A stretch of 64,000 bases of DNA from Bugula neritina (taxonomy: Eukaryota > Animalia > Bryozoa), in NCBI GenBank assembly GCA_964035545.1, contig OZ037765.1, positions 28,767,504 to 28,831,503 of the forward strand. Reading direction: 5' to 3'. A model generated the notes under the pieces. It made no database searches, was not told the DNA's origin, and saw nothing but the letters and a program-made list of their open reading frames with translations. Below are positions 1 through 13,100 of this stretch, one piece after another. How positions within the stretch are numbered: position 1 is the stretch's first letter; every line of letters starts with the position of its first letter. A program made the position numbers and the translations under genes.

Positions 1-334
1 AACCTACATGTATGATTTATGAATGTTACTGGATGTAAAAATGAATGAACTATAACTTTAGTTTTAGTTCATTGGTAAAATTACAATTTTAAATTACTAT
101 TTAATATAAATAAAATGTTAACCTAATTTGACATATAACATGCATACAACTTTCTGCTTATTAACCAAAAAATTTTAATAAAATAAAACATTTTGAATAA
201 TATTTTCATCTATTACCTACATTAGTATGCAGATATGTGTGTTGAAAAAGTAATTGTCTTCTCACCAAACCTATATTTGTGAAGAAATTTAAAAGTTTAT
301 CACCTTTCATCTCTGACAATTTTCTGTTGTATAG

Positions 335-1980
335 ATAATGGCTTGAAGAAAAGAGAATGGGGCTTTTCAAACCTCAATAAGAAAATGGAAGAACTAAGGC
401 AGAGACTGAAATATATGAAAACCAAGCTGAAAGACAAACTGAGTGAAATAGCTAAAAAAACCGCAAACATATCAAATCACATAACAGTTGGTGGAACCAG
501 TGATGGGAATAAGCAGGTGCTATATTCTATAAATACCCTGGCAAATTGATTTCCGTAAAATTAGCAGATAATACACTATAAATGGAATAATAATATGTAA
601 AATTTACTGGTTGAACTATTAATGTATGTTTTGCTAGCTTAGGAACATCTGCCTCAAGTTGGCTCAGCTATTATTGCCAGCATTACAGCCTGACCAAATG
701 CAAATGCTGTTTTAGTGGGACAACTCTACATGTGTTTGCTCTATAATATATTCAATACACAAGTTTGTCTTTTCTAAGGTTTCTAATCTCTCTGTAGTTT
801 GTTATGTTGAATATTTTCACTTGCCATTAACTTCTGCAGTTGGATTTTTATTCTCTACTGAAGTTCTTCATATATAATATAGAAATATACAGTCAGTTGT
901 AACAAATGTAATTATTTTGACATGCTTTGGTTAATTTGTACAGATAAATATACTTTGTGTTATTGCTGTTCACCATATTCAAGTATATTATAGTACTGTG
1001 CTTGTAAACTTCTTGCTTATCACATGTTTTGAATAAATGACTTTGAAGTTTATTTTTAGCATATCTGGGCTGGACATGGCTCCATTCTTGTGATAAACAG
1101 TCGCGGATACATCGAAAGCTCCTCAATGGATACCAGCAGGATTGGTGCTCCTGTCCCGGTGACCGCAATCGACCTCACTGCTGACCTTGACTTAGTATGT
1201 ACCTCATAGTAGATCTCATATGTACTTTGTAATAGGCCTCACTGATGACCTTGACATAGTATACATGCTATATTAGATCTCAATGGAGAAATTGACATGC
1301 ATGAGTATAATATGTTAAAGGTGGGGGAAATTCTGAACCTTTTTCAATATTTTTACATCAACAGATTTTCACATTGCTAGATGCAAACCTCTGGCCTTAC
1401 ATTTCATACCATAAAAGTTGCTGTTGATATTAAGCTTTTGTAACTTAAAATAAAAATTCAATATTTTATGCATTTTATGCACCCTAGTCAATGTTTCACC
1501 ATGTTCATGTGTTGATGAGATATCAACATGATATAAAATGATCAATTCTGCTACTTGTCTAAAAAGTGTATCATTAATACATTCATTATCATATATGGAT
1601 ATAAAAATTGCTTAATATTTATTTTTTATTGCGAATTTAATAAAGAAAATGCTTTTAATAATAATAAATTTTATTTCCTTTAGAAATTATAACCCCATTA
1701 TAGAGATATTTCTGTTTTTTTCATAACAATTACTGTTTATGCCCTAGCAAATGCACTTATGTAGAATCTTTAACAAACTTTTCTACTGACTTTTATTCAG
1801 GCTACTTGTATGGACATCAACGTGCTTTCTGTCCAAGTTGCAGTCTGTGGTAGGGGAGGGCGATGCAAGACTCTGACCACGCCCTCTTCAACTGCCAAAG
1901 TATGTCCCGGATCAGTCAGTATTTCATCAGGCTCAAGCCATGTTGTCCATGGAAACAGTGGTAGCATCATGTTTGGATAA
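335..1980 (+). CDS. 3' part of an unidentified spliced gene (5' end outside the window)
   Basis: Phase-compatible GT-AG exons 335-516 (NGLKKREWGF...GNKQ), 1060-1194 (HIWAGHGS...DLDL) and 1801-1980 (ATCMDINV...SIMFG*). AATAAA at ~2046. No recognisable family. Confidence 0.55.
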
Positions 1981-2225
1981 AATAATTGATATCATTTTGT
2001 TAGCAGATACATGCATGCTGTCAATTGCTGTAAAAGTGTGCCTTCAATAAAATGATTTGTATGCAGTAATATATTTTGTTACCATCACACAACAGCAAAT
2101 TTTTGAATAAAAAACCTCAACATAAAATCTCAATCATGCAAACTTTAAAATATCAACTCACATCATTTTGTCTAAAATTAATTAATTATTTGAATTTCAA
2201 CATGATAATATTATAATGCTCTCAC

Positions 2226-4669
2226 ATCAATAGAGGCTTTTCACAAGCCCTCTGGGGACATTTGTATTTTGAAGTTGTCTCCTCCCAGAAGGGCGAAGTG
2301 TAGTCTCCATGATATATAGAACAAGCACATAAAATCAGTAGAAATTTAAGGTTTGTGGGAAGACTATTGCTAGTACAAGTTTCATTTTTTCTGAGATTAA
2401 TATTTTGGCATAAGCACACAGGTTAGCAGTTCGAGAAATTTTTTTAAAATTTTCTTTCTTCAAAAATCTTGAGAAAAATTAACTTCAAAGCATGTTTGTG
2501 GTTTTGGTTACTGCACGAGCAAGCTGAATTGGCAACTATGAGATAAGTCCCATTAATCAGTTGTTATGCTGGCTGTCATATTCAATTTATAGCTGTTGAC
2601 CTTTCAACTCTTTGGTCAGAATGTGCTGTTAACACAGTGTTAGAGCACTGCTACTCTGCTAGTGCACTGAATGAGACAGCAGATTCGCTGTGTTAGCATT
2701 TTCATTACACTTACACACTTATGCTATGATAATAGCTAGACTATAACCTCAACATCCATCATTTTCACAAAAAGCATTTTCACAAAGCTATAGATATATA
2801 TTAAATAGACAGATTAAATTTGTAGTATCAAAATGATGCGTGATAGCATGTGCACTTAATTACACTTTGAAGAGTTTGTGCTACATTATGTTCAAAGGAC
2901 CGTAAATGCTTTACATAGTTTCATGTTATGGCTAAAACTTCTTTAAAAGAAAAATATTACCAAGAAAAGCAAAGCTCAGTTTATGCAAAAATTTATTAAA
3001 AACACTTTATATTTAGGCAGGCATCTTTTCATTCAGTATCGATCCATCTTGAAATATTTTGTCTGCCCTATATCTTCATTGCATATTTTACAACAGGTCT
3101 AATAGTTTTATTTAAAAAATTTAATTGAAATGTTATATTTGATTTTAACTTACTCGCGCATGCCTATTTTAAGATAATAGCTGTAATATTCTAATTGGTG
3201 CTGTCGTGACTTATAGCCAACCTCTAAACTTTTATGTCATTCAAATATGGGTCTCAAATTTAAGAAAGGCTTTATATTTTATAACATTTTGTGACCCATG
3301 GGATCAGCCAAGCTAGTTGTATAACTGCAGTTGAGTGTCAATAACACTAGCTCATGATATTTGAAGCATGAGAAGTTGAGGAGCTATAACATTAAACAGT
3401 TTAACTGAAAATCCAAGCAAAATGTTAATAACCCAATTTTATCAACATGCTTTCACTGCTTCACGTGTAAGAATCTGCTTAATACTTTTCAACCAGAATT
3501 TCCTTCTAAAGTAATTTTCAGAGAATTCAGTTTATGCTGCAATTTGATGAGTTGGGAAACTTGGGCTTTCAGGTGCAGTAGTGATTAGCTTAGTTTACCT
3601 ATTTTATATTGTATATCCATTTTATTATATAACTATATTTTAACCTACCATACATTAACTAGGATCTTGAATCTACCGCAGCTGACGGAGATGACTACTA
3701 CACCCGAGGTAGATGCAGTACTAATGGAGAAATTGAGAAAAGCCTTTTTTCTAGATTAGAAATGTAGCAAAAAAGTTGTGTTATACACAACACCAACATT
3801 TGTAAAGAAAGTTAAAGAACTTAGGCTATCTCAATTTCTTCACTACTGCATGCTCCTAAATGCTACAAGCCACAGGCATAGTTAAGAAATAACAAAGCTG
3901 TAACACAAGGGCCTGAATGCCAACTGCTAAAAGGCTACCTCGGTTTTTGATTAAATTATCTAGATATATATTTATTTGAGCACAATTGTTACAATTGCAA
4001 TAGATGCATTTAACCTGTATTAGAAAATTAACCGACATATATCAAAGCACATTTCATATTCGTTCTATACTACAAATTTAATCTGTCTATTTAATATATA
4101 TCTATAGCTTTGTGAAAATGCTTTTTGTGAAAATGATGGATGTTGAGGTTATAGTCTAGCTATTATCATAGCATAAGTGTGTAAGTGTAATGAAAATGCT
4201 AACACAGCGAATCTGCTGTCTCATTCAGTGCACTAGCAGAGTAGCAGTGCTCTAACACTGTGTTAACAGCACATTCTGACTAAAGAGTTGAAAGGTCAAC
4301 AGCTATAAATTGAATATGACAGCCAGCATAACAACTGATTAATGGGACTTATCTCATAGTTGCCAATTCAGCTTGCTCGTGCAGTAACCAAAACCACAAA
4401 CATGCTTTGAAGTTAATTTTTCTCAAGATTTTTGAAGAAAGAAAATTTTAAAAAAATTTCTCGAACTGCTAACCTGTGTGCTTATGCCAAAATATTAATC
4501 TCAGAAAAAATGAAACTTGTACTAGCAATAGTCTTCCCACAAACCTTAAATTTCTACTGATTTTATGTGCTTGTTCTATATATCATGGAGACTACACTTC
4601 GCCCTTCTGGGAGGAGACAACTTCAAAATACAAATGTCCCCAGAGGGCTTGTGAAAAGCCTCTATTGAT
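2226..4669. repeat. Long inverted repeat: 603-bp arms (2226-2828 and 4067-4669) around a 1238-bp spacer
   Basis: The arms are reverse complements with one mismatch seen by eye (tttggtcaga vs tctgactaaa). This explains the twin ORFs 2222..2419(-) and 4476..4796(+). No clear TSD. Confidence 0.95.
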
Positions 4670-5127
4670 TTATCTTATAAAATACTACCTCAAAGTTGTT
4701 AGTTTTGAAAAAAGAAATCTGTATACATGTAATAAGCATTATATTGTTCATTGCACTACCAAATTTCCAATGCATTGCATATATGCAAAAGCTTAACTTT
4801 TGGGCCATATATAGCACTTCATATAGCTTTCAACTGTCGATGCCGTGAATTTTTCTGTTATTTTAGGTCAATTTTGTACGTGTTAAAGCATTTTTAATGT
4901 GAGGCAATAATGCAGAGTTGTCTTTTCGTTTATATTTGTGGATAACTGAATTGGAATGGTTACATTTTGTTTCAGTGTGTGTTCCAATGTATACTGTCTA
5001 GAAACTAGGTTCGAATAACAGTAATCATTTTCAACTTTCTCAAAAGCTTTTTCATTTGTCAAACGCATACACTAAGACCAATTACAACAGGTTAGCTTTG
5101 ACGATCGCAACAACTCTGTCCTTGGAA

Positions 5128-5137
5128 GTCACGTGAA
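5128..5137. promoter_or_regulatory. CLEAR/E-box (MiT/TFE-type) element upstream of ATP6V1C
   Basis: GTCACGTGAA immediately upstream of the probable non-coding first exon, whose donor GTAAGT is at ~5269. Confidence 0.6.
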
Positions 5138-5349
5138 AGGTCACTATTATATACATAAATCTCAACATCCCCATTTCTACGAGGACAGACAGAAGCTAGG
5201 ATTAAATTTCTACTTCAGTCTGTGCCTGCATCTGTTGGAACTATCTTTTACTTTGAAAGTGCAGTAAAGTAAGTATACTATGTAGTAGTATATCTTGCAA
5301 ATACAATGTAAAAGTGACCCATGAAAAATTAGTATTGCTACTACAATAT

Positions 5350-5520
5350 CAATAACTATAAGTATAAGCCTTTAACTTTTACTTTAACTTTAAGGTTAAC
5401 TTTAAGTTTAAGTCTGACCTTAAGACTAAGAGTAAGAGTAACTAACACTAACTGTAAAATATCAGATATTCATATTAATATTATTATTAGTCGTAGATAA
5501 TCATAATTATAATGATGATA
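5350..5520. repeat. 6-bp periodic (TNA-NNN)n tract, ATP6V1C intron 1
   Basis: 12 consecutive in-phase units at 5373-5441: TAA CTT TTA CTT TAA CTT TAA GGT TAA CTT TAA GTT TAA GTC TGA CCT TAA GAC TAA GAG TAA GAG TAA. Confidence 0.8.
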
Positions 5521-6211
5521 AATAATTTACTAATGCACCTTTAGCTTTACCATAGGCTTGTAGCTTTTCATTGCGATTAAATTTAATTTTAGCTTTAAAT
5601 GATTTTTCAACATGAAGATTAAAAATAAAATGAAAATCAACTGAAGATACATTTGTGATAATTATAATCATAATGTGTAAGTAATTCAAATTATAATGAA
5701 ATTTAAATACTCATAGCTGAGTACTGCCATTTTTAATAATTATATTCATGCTGCTAATTAATAATGTAAGACTAAAGTAAATGTTAATGTTTTGTTTTTA
5801 TTTTCATGTATATAATATTGCTATTAGTCGTGCCTCTGTCTTCTAAGTTTTAAGTATTTAGTGTTGATGACCTGGGCAAGTAGAAAACTACATATATACC
5901 TTGTGATTAAAAGAGTATTAGCACATTATATAGATCTAGTATTGTTTTACCCCGACATCTCATCTTGATTTTATTATTTTAAATTAATATATTTACTGCC
6001 TCATTTACGAATAAAATTATTTATTACTCATGGTAAAGTATAAACTCACACTGGCAATAACAAGGAGTTTCCTGCATATTGGTTATGGCATTACTAGTAT
6101 TAACTAAGTCTCATAATTGTTGTGCTATCTATGGTCATTGTTATATGATGTAGACTTCTGTTAAATGTGAACCTACAAATTTTCAACTACTGAGTTCTAT
6201 TTTTAGGTATA

Positions 6212-9200
6212 ATGGCAGAGTTTTGGTTGGTTTCAGTTCCACCAGACAAGCATGGCCGCTCAGCTTTTGATAACATAACTCAAGAGACGGCAAATCATTC
6301 TGTAACATTCAGATTTAGTGTTCCCGACCTTAAGGTACAGTTAGGATTTTAAACAAATTAAAAACTGGACTTTCAAAAACTGCTAGAGATGTAAGAGTAT
6401 GACATAATTTTACGAAAGAAATATTTCTGCAGATTCAGGCCTTTCTCTAATCTCTATGTTGTGTTTTCAGGTTGGAACACTCGATGTTCTTGTCGGCCTG
6501 TCAGATGATTTAGGAAAATTAGATAGTTATTGTGAAATGTAAGTTATATTGAGATTTGCATGTTGAAAGACGGAATGTATATGTGTAGAGTTGCAACTGA
6601 CAAAATCATTTGCTTGTAGGATAGCGAAAAAGGTTTCTCACTATTTGGGAGATGTGTTAGAAGAAGATCGGGACAAACTTCACGATAATCTCCTCGCGAA
6701 TGGGTGTAAGATGTTACATAATTCTAATTATTTTTTAACTGGACCTGTTTACTAATTGGATTCACAACTTTATGTTTTGCGTTTTGAAGTTTAAAAATAA
6801 ATATGCAAGGTTTGGTGTTTTAGTGGATCTGCAAGCGTATCTTCAGAGGTTTCAGTGGGATATGGCCAAGTTTCCTATCAAGCAGTCTCTTAAGGCTATA
6901 GCTGATCAGATTAGCAAACAGATGAGTCAAATCGAAGCTGATCTCAAAACCAAGTCTACTTCTTACAACAACATTAAAGGAAATCTGCAGAACTTAGAGC
7001 GGAAGGCGACGTGAGTATTGTGTACACCTTCGCTTTGCAGAACTTACTGTGATTTGTTTAGATAAACAAGCTGAGAGTTGCTCCTGCTGGACTTAGCAGG
7101 CCCCTTGACTCGAGGGTCTAGAGTCTAGAGTCTAGACAATAGCTGTAGAATGTGTAGTCTCTGTGTCACATCTCATTTCTCTTGATATTTATAAACATCA
7201 TTCGAATTTATTTACCGAAAATGCTATATTGTTTTAAGCTACATACCAAAATGTTATGCTCATTAGGTAAATGATTTTAAAGATATTTAAATTTGTTCTA
7301 ACTTCTTGAAAGTAAAATGACACTTCTTTGTCATTTGCTAGTTTTTCACATGATGGACCAAATGCACTTTCTTCTACTGAACTTGTTGTTTGATTTACAG
7401 AGGAAGTCTGATGACCAGAAACCTGGGAGATATTGTGAGGAAGGAGGACTTTGTACTGGACTCTGAGTACCTTCAAACACTTCTGGTTGTTGTACCCAAG
7501 TGAGTGATAGAGAGCACTAGCAATGAGTTCTACACATGCGTTACCAGACTATTTTAGAATCCAGAATTGAATACAATGATACAGGATATATTTATTTATT
7601 GAAATGTTACTAAAATTTTAGCCTCATTTTTGATTTTAGCAATTACCCATGGCTGATTGCTAACTCAATTTGCAATATTTTGAGAAGTTAATTCAAGTTG
7701 ATATTTTTTTATTTTTCAACAAACATTTGATTTAATTTTTGCGATTTTGCTGAGTGTTTTTAGCTTTCTTTTCAATCTTTTTTCTTTCCAATCACTGTGA
7801 TAAAAAGGAAAGTTAGTGGCTTTTAAAGCTTTGTATTCAATAGTTATACTTTATATAATATTATTTTTTATAACTTGTTCCAACTTTTAACTTTTATAGA
7901 TTGTATCAGGATGACTGGAAAAAGAAATATGAGCAGTTAACGGAAATGGTGGCTCCTCGATCTAGCAAGTGGGTAGTTTATTGTTTACCATCTCATTTAC
8001 TTGGATCGAGAGTAGGTCATATCCTGTTGGAGGTTATAGAAAAAGAGAAAACTTGGAATGTTATAGAAGTGCCATAAACAGATTGATGCAAACTTATACA
8101 GATTGTGGTTTAATAAGTAATTACTACAATGTCTAGAGTGCTTTTTCTTAATGTATTAAATGTATTACTATTTGTCTTAAGTCAATGTGCGAATGAATGT
8201 TTTGCTTTTTTAGGTTGTTGTTTGAGGATGGAGATCACACGCTTTACAACGTAACACTATTTAAAAGAGTTATTGATGAGTTCAAATATAAGTGTAGAGA
8301 GAACAAGTATGTTGAATTCTTAATTAGTAAAATTTTCACTCAAACCGAACATGTGTAGGTTGGGAGTTGCGTATCTCATCTCTTAGTCAATGATTTCAAA
8401 TTCCTGAACACTGCTTTTTGCTGTGATTTTTAAATACGGTATACAATTGCCGTAGATATAATTGTATGTTTATGTTGTCTTGACTGAACTATTTTGGAGT
8501 TACTGGTGTAGTCTCTGTTTTAACAGCATCAATCCAGTACATTGCATTTAGTTATTCATTGATTTTTGTATCTGATTTAGATTTACTGTTAGAGATTTCG
8601 TTTACAATGAAGAAGAACTACAAGCTGGCAAAAATGAGATTCTTAAACTTTCAACTGACAAGAAAAAGCAGTTTGTGAGTAGAGTAGATTATGTAGCGGT
8701 TTGAATTCTGCTAGAGTTTCTTGTATTATGAAATTTTGGTTTATAACCAAGTATTGAACTACTGTTACAGTCTTCTAGGTGTACGTATGTGTCTAAGCAG
8801 TGTTTTGCTTTTCTTGCAATATGAAATTTGGAGTTGTCAAAAGTTTCACTCATGTACATATAATATATACATGTATGTATATTATGTATATGTGTAATAT
8901 TAGGGTATTGTAGAATATGCGGGCCAGATAAAAAGTATTTGTTTTATAAAATTTATTTAAGTTTTGTCAACATTTAGGATACGGTAAAGCCAGTAGAAGA
9001 AATTCCCACTTCAAATCAAGTTATGAAGTTATTCGTTGCTACTTTAACTTTAACATAAACTGTTTCTACTTCAGGGTCCCCTGGTTAGATGGCTCAAAGT
9101 TAACTTTAGTGAGTCATTCACTGCCTGGGTACATGTGAAAGCGTTGCGTGTGTTTGTTGAGTCAGTGCTAAGGTATGTACTGTGTGTACTGCTTATAAAC

Positions 9201-9890
9201 TTAGATTGTGAAAATTAACAGTCTTATAGATTTGCCCTCTTAGCAGCTATTAATGTGTTTTGCTACAGATATGGATTGCCTGTGAACTTCCAAGCTGTAC
9301 TAATGCAGCCACATAAAAAGAGCAGCCGGAAGCTACATGAAATATTGAGTGCAATGTATGCCCATCTCGATAATGCAGGCGCTGTTTCCAAACAAGATGT
9401 AAGTCTTACACCTTGCTTATTACAGTTATGATGAAACTCAGTTATAGCATCTAGGGTGGGACATGTCCCTATTGCAAGCTAACAATTTTACCTTCATAAT
9501 TCAGAGATTCATTGAACCCTTGTATGTGCTATACCTTAAACTGGCTTTGAAACAACAGGCTTACCTTGTAAACATGAACCTTATTCTTTAATATAATTCA
9601 ACAACAGAGAAATATCGTTACCATAATAGTAGTACATATACTTAGGATAAACATAACAGGCTGAAAGTTATTGCTGCTATTGTGCTCTGTTTTAGAGCAA
9701 GTTGATAATTATAACTGTGATAGTAATATTCTGCTGATTTGTGATTGATTACTTTGACTGATGGTTTCTCTTACAAATCTGTTCAAATGTTGTTTGTTTT
9801 TTACTACAGATGGATATTCCAGGGTTCCAGCACCTACACGCAGACTACTACCCGTATGTCTTTTATAAATTAGATGTAGCCATGGGATAG
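6212..9890 (+). CDS. ATP6V1C: V-type proton ATPase subunit C (11 coding exons)
   Basis: Spliced translation [10 protein letters not shown]...[22 protein letters not shown]...[15 protein letters not shown]...[39 protein letters not shown]...[15 protein letters not shown]. Canonical GT-AG introns. Confidence 0.97.
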
Positions 9891-10187
9891 ATTTACTCAC
9901 TTTATTTTACCAATAAATGCCATAAAAACGGAATTTGCTAGGCTATTGTGTCAATGGAAATGTACCCAGCTGACAATATGTTGTAGTGTGTATATTTTGG
10001 ACACAGTTTAAAGCAGGCAGCTGCTTCAACAAACAAACATTGTATATTTTTATTCTATACAGTCTACACATAATTTAAAACAAATATATCATTATTTATA
10101 ATATGTCATTATTTTATATATCATGGTTAATAAATGGACGGATAAAATATCGGCACTGTTGTATATACATGATTATACGGTAACTTC

Positions 10188-13100
10188 TCAATCAAGTTCA
10201 TCAAATTCGTTGTTGTCTAATAGATTGGGTGTTGATGTTGGCTTAGAAGGTACATTAAGTAGATCTTCCAGTTGCGTTAAATTAGTTTTGTTGTCTGCCT
10301 TCTGCTCTTTGACTTTCTCATCAATCTGCAGGAACCCAAATAACAGTTAGGCCAATGTTGTGTGCAGAACATTCATGTGATAGGTATGGGTAAAAGTTGC
10401 TAGGCACAAACACAAGAGATCTATAATCTCACCTCCTCAATTAGGTTGATGCCAGTAAAATGAGTTCGCTCTGGCGTTTCAATCTGTTCAGACGTTTCGT
10501 CTTCGTCCACATCTTCAAGCTCTGGCATATCCTACGAGCAAATAATGTCTATGACATGAGTTGATAGCATAGATTTAGAGGTCGGCCATTTTAGTTGAAA
10601 CAGTTAAATTTTAATGTAGATAAATATATAACCTAAAACCCCATAATTTCACGGAAGTTATATTTCTGCTGCACACATCTTCATGATATGTAGATTCAAT
10701 ACAAGACGGTGACACAGCAAGCTCTAAAGTACGATTCACACTATTACAAACTGGAATAGGGAGGGGGGGTAAATTTGACAGTGCACCTTACAAGGTGCAC
10801 CCTTGCTCAGCCTTTCTGTATTATTTTTTGCTACAATGTATTACAATAATATCAAAAATTTAATTAATCATAGTTGTATAAATTACAAATTAGCTCACCC
10901 TGTTGCACATTTACTAAAGCTGCTAAATTTGTTTTGTGCACGAACCTGTTAACAAAATCCAACCTGAAGAAAATTGTCCAAACTCACAATAATATGACTT
11001 ATACTTCACTTACACCATAAATATCTTCTATGAGGTTAGCTGAAGGTTGAGAAGTAAGTTCCGGCACCTCCTCGTCAGGTAACTCTGTGATGAGAATTTT
11101 ATTCCTAGTACTAGAGTCCGGCGGAGTGGGATCAGCCACGCAGTCTACAATGTTCAGCTATAACAATGACTAACACAGCCTGCACTGCCTGGAATAACTT
11201 TATTATAAAAATAGTGAAAGTATCAGGACTTTCTTGAAAGTTTTATTAAACTCATATAAAAAATTCTATGTTTGATTTTATTACCACAGGTTAGGTTCTA
11301 ACTCACAGATAACAAGACCTCTATTTCTGTATTTATTGCTGTTTGATTATGAGCATGTGTTTGCAACTACAGTCAATAGTTTTATAACAATGAATTAAGA
11401 CTTTTCAGAGAGATCTAATAACAAGAAATAAAAGCTTGGTTACCATTGACAATCTTGTCGATGAATGCAGACGTATCAGACTGTCGAGTCACCTGCTTCC
11501 TGTTGCCATAAATGCTCTCCGCTTGCTGAGTATTGCTGGACTTTATGGTAGGGAGTTCCAAGTCTTCAGATGTAATTTCTTCTACCGGTTTTACATCATC
11601 CTAAATAATAACAAAACTTCAATAAATTTTATAAAAAAGAATAAAAATAATATTTTTGATGACCTGCATATTCTACAATACCCTAATATTACATGTATAC
11701 ATATGCATTAGTGAAACTTGACTTCTCCAAGGTTACATGGTATACACAAGGCTACAGAAAAAGTCTACATACCATACAATCAGTAGGGCATGTAAATTTA
11801 CCCTGACTTTGAATAAAGCACATTTTACCTGCCATGATTAGAGAATATAAGCTGTACCTATTTTATTTTCTTCTATTAATAACATACAGTCTTGCAAAAA
11901 CTAAACAATAGAGTTATATACTAGTAGAAGGCTATTGACAACTTGTTATACAAACTTAGCTTACTTGCAGAGTTGTACCTTCAGCATCATACTCCTGCTG
12001 CTCCAATTCCCGACCCTCTTTGGTCTGAACCATTTCCCCAGTATCCAGTCGGATGGCTTTACCAGTGAGCCAGTCCACGGAACCAGGATCAACTTTAGGG
12101 GCGCTATCGGGCTCCCCGCCAGCTGCTAAATGCTCAGCTAACAATCTTTCATTATGTCTTCTAGCTTCTCCTTTGTTTCTTAACTCCAGCAGTGCTGCAA
12201 TCAATTAAAATATAAATATCTCTAGCCTATGTAACAGCAAGCAAAACCTGCTTTATACAGACAGTAGCTTATTCAATGTTATAAAACACACCATAGCACC
12301 CTGCTATATAGAATAGCCACATGTATCACTGGGATTCGAACCCGAGACCTCCGGCTTGCAAGCAGGAGCGCTAATCATTACACCACAGGGGCCACTGTGT
12401 AATTTCAACACTACATACCATACACTCTTACATCTACAGTATATTATATAGATAAATAGAAGTAAGTACCATTCACACTGTCTGATATCTGCTTTCTCTC
12501 CTTGCTAATCCACTGCTCTCTCTCTAACTTCTCAGCCTCTACACCTCCTGCAGCCCAGGCCTCCGCACAAGCTCTGTCTTTAGGGAACACAGGTCTATCA
12601 TCTAAATACTGCAGCTCCTTCTACAGGCGCACAACAAGTACTTATAAGAGCTATAAAAGCGTTGTATTTTTCATACGTCCATTCAGTTTCACCAAATTAT
12701 AGAGAAAACAATTATTTTAACCATTATATATATTCTGTGGTTAAAAGGCTCGCCTCAAATTGCTCAAAGAGTTAAGTTTTCTCACAAAGTTCAGTAACAA
12801 AATTACTTTTATTTTCTGTTCCCGACAAATACTCCTGCCTTATTCTCATACCTACCTGTGACTCCCAATAACTAACAAATGTTGTTCTAATAACTTGAAA
12901 TACTTACACATTTCACAATCAGAGTCTTTCTATAATTCTTTATCTTTTTAATAACAGGATTACCCATAAGGTTAAGAACTCTCTAAAAAGTAGCATTTCA
13001 TATTAAAAGTTTACAATACAATACTATAAAATTATATATGCAAACAATCAATTAAATAACTAAAAGGTGTAACAAGTTGTTGCAAATTGAAAGAGAATAC

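Noticed and set aside
4476-4796. Duplicated ORF MCLCQNINLRK... (also 2222..2419 on the minus strand)
   Set aside because: Non-ATG start and no recognisable domain; the identity is explained by the inverted repeat.
9425-9520. C/D snoRNA candidate (ATGATGA in an ATP6V1C intron)
   Set aside because: No properly placed CTGA D box or terminal stem.
10781-10800. GTGCACCTT-AC-AAGGTGCAC hairpin as a Helitron end or terminator
   Set aside because: No CTRR terminus at the expected distance; it is an isolated short palindrome.
12322-12393. Functional tRNA gene
   Set aside because: The acceptor stem does not pair and the anticodon loop is 6 nt.
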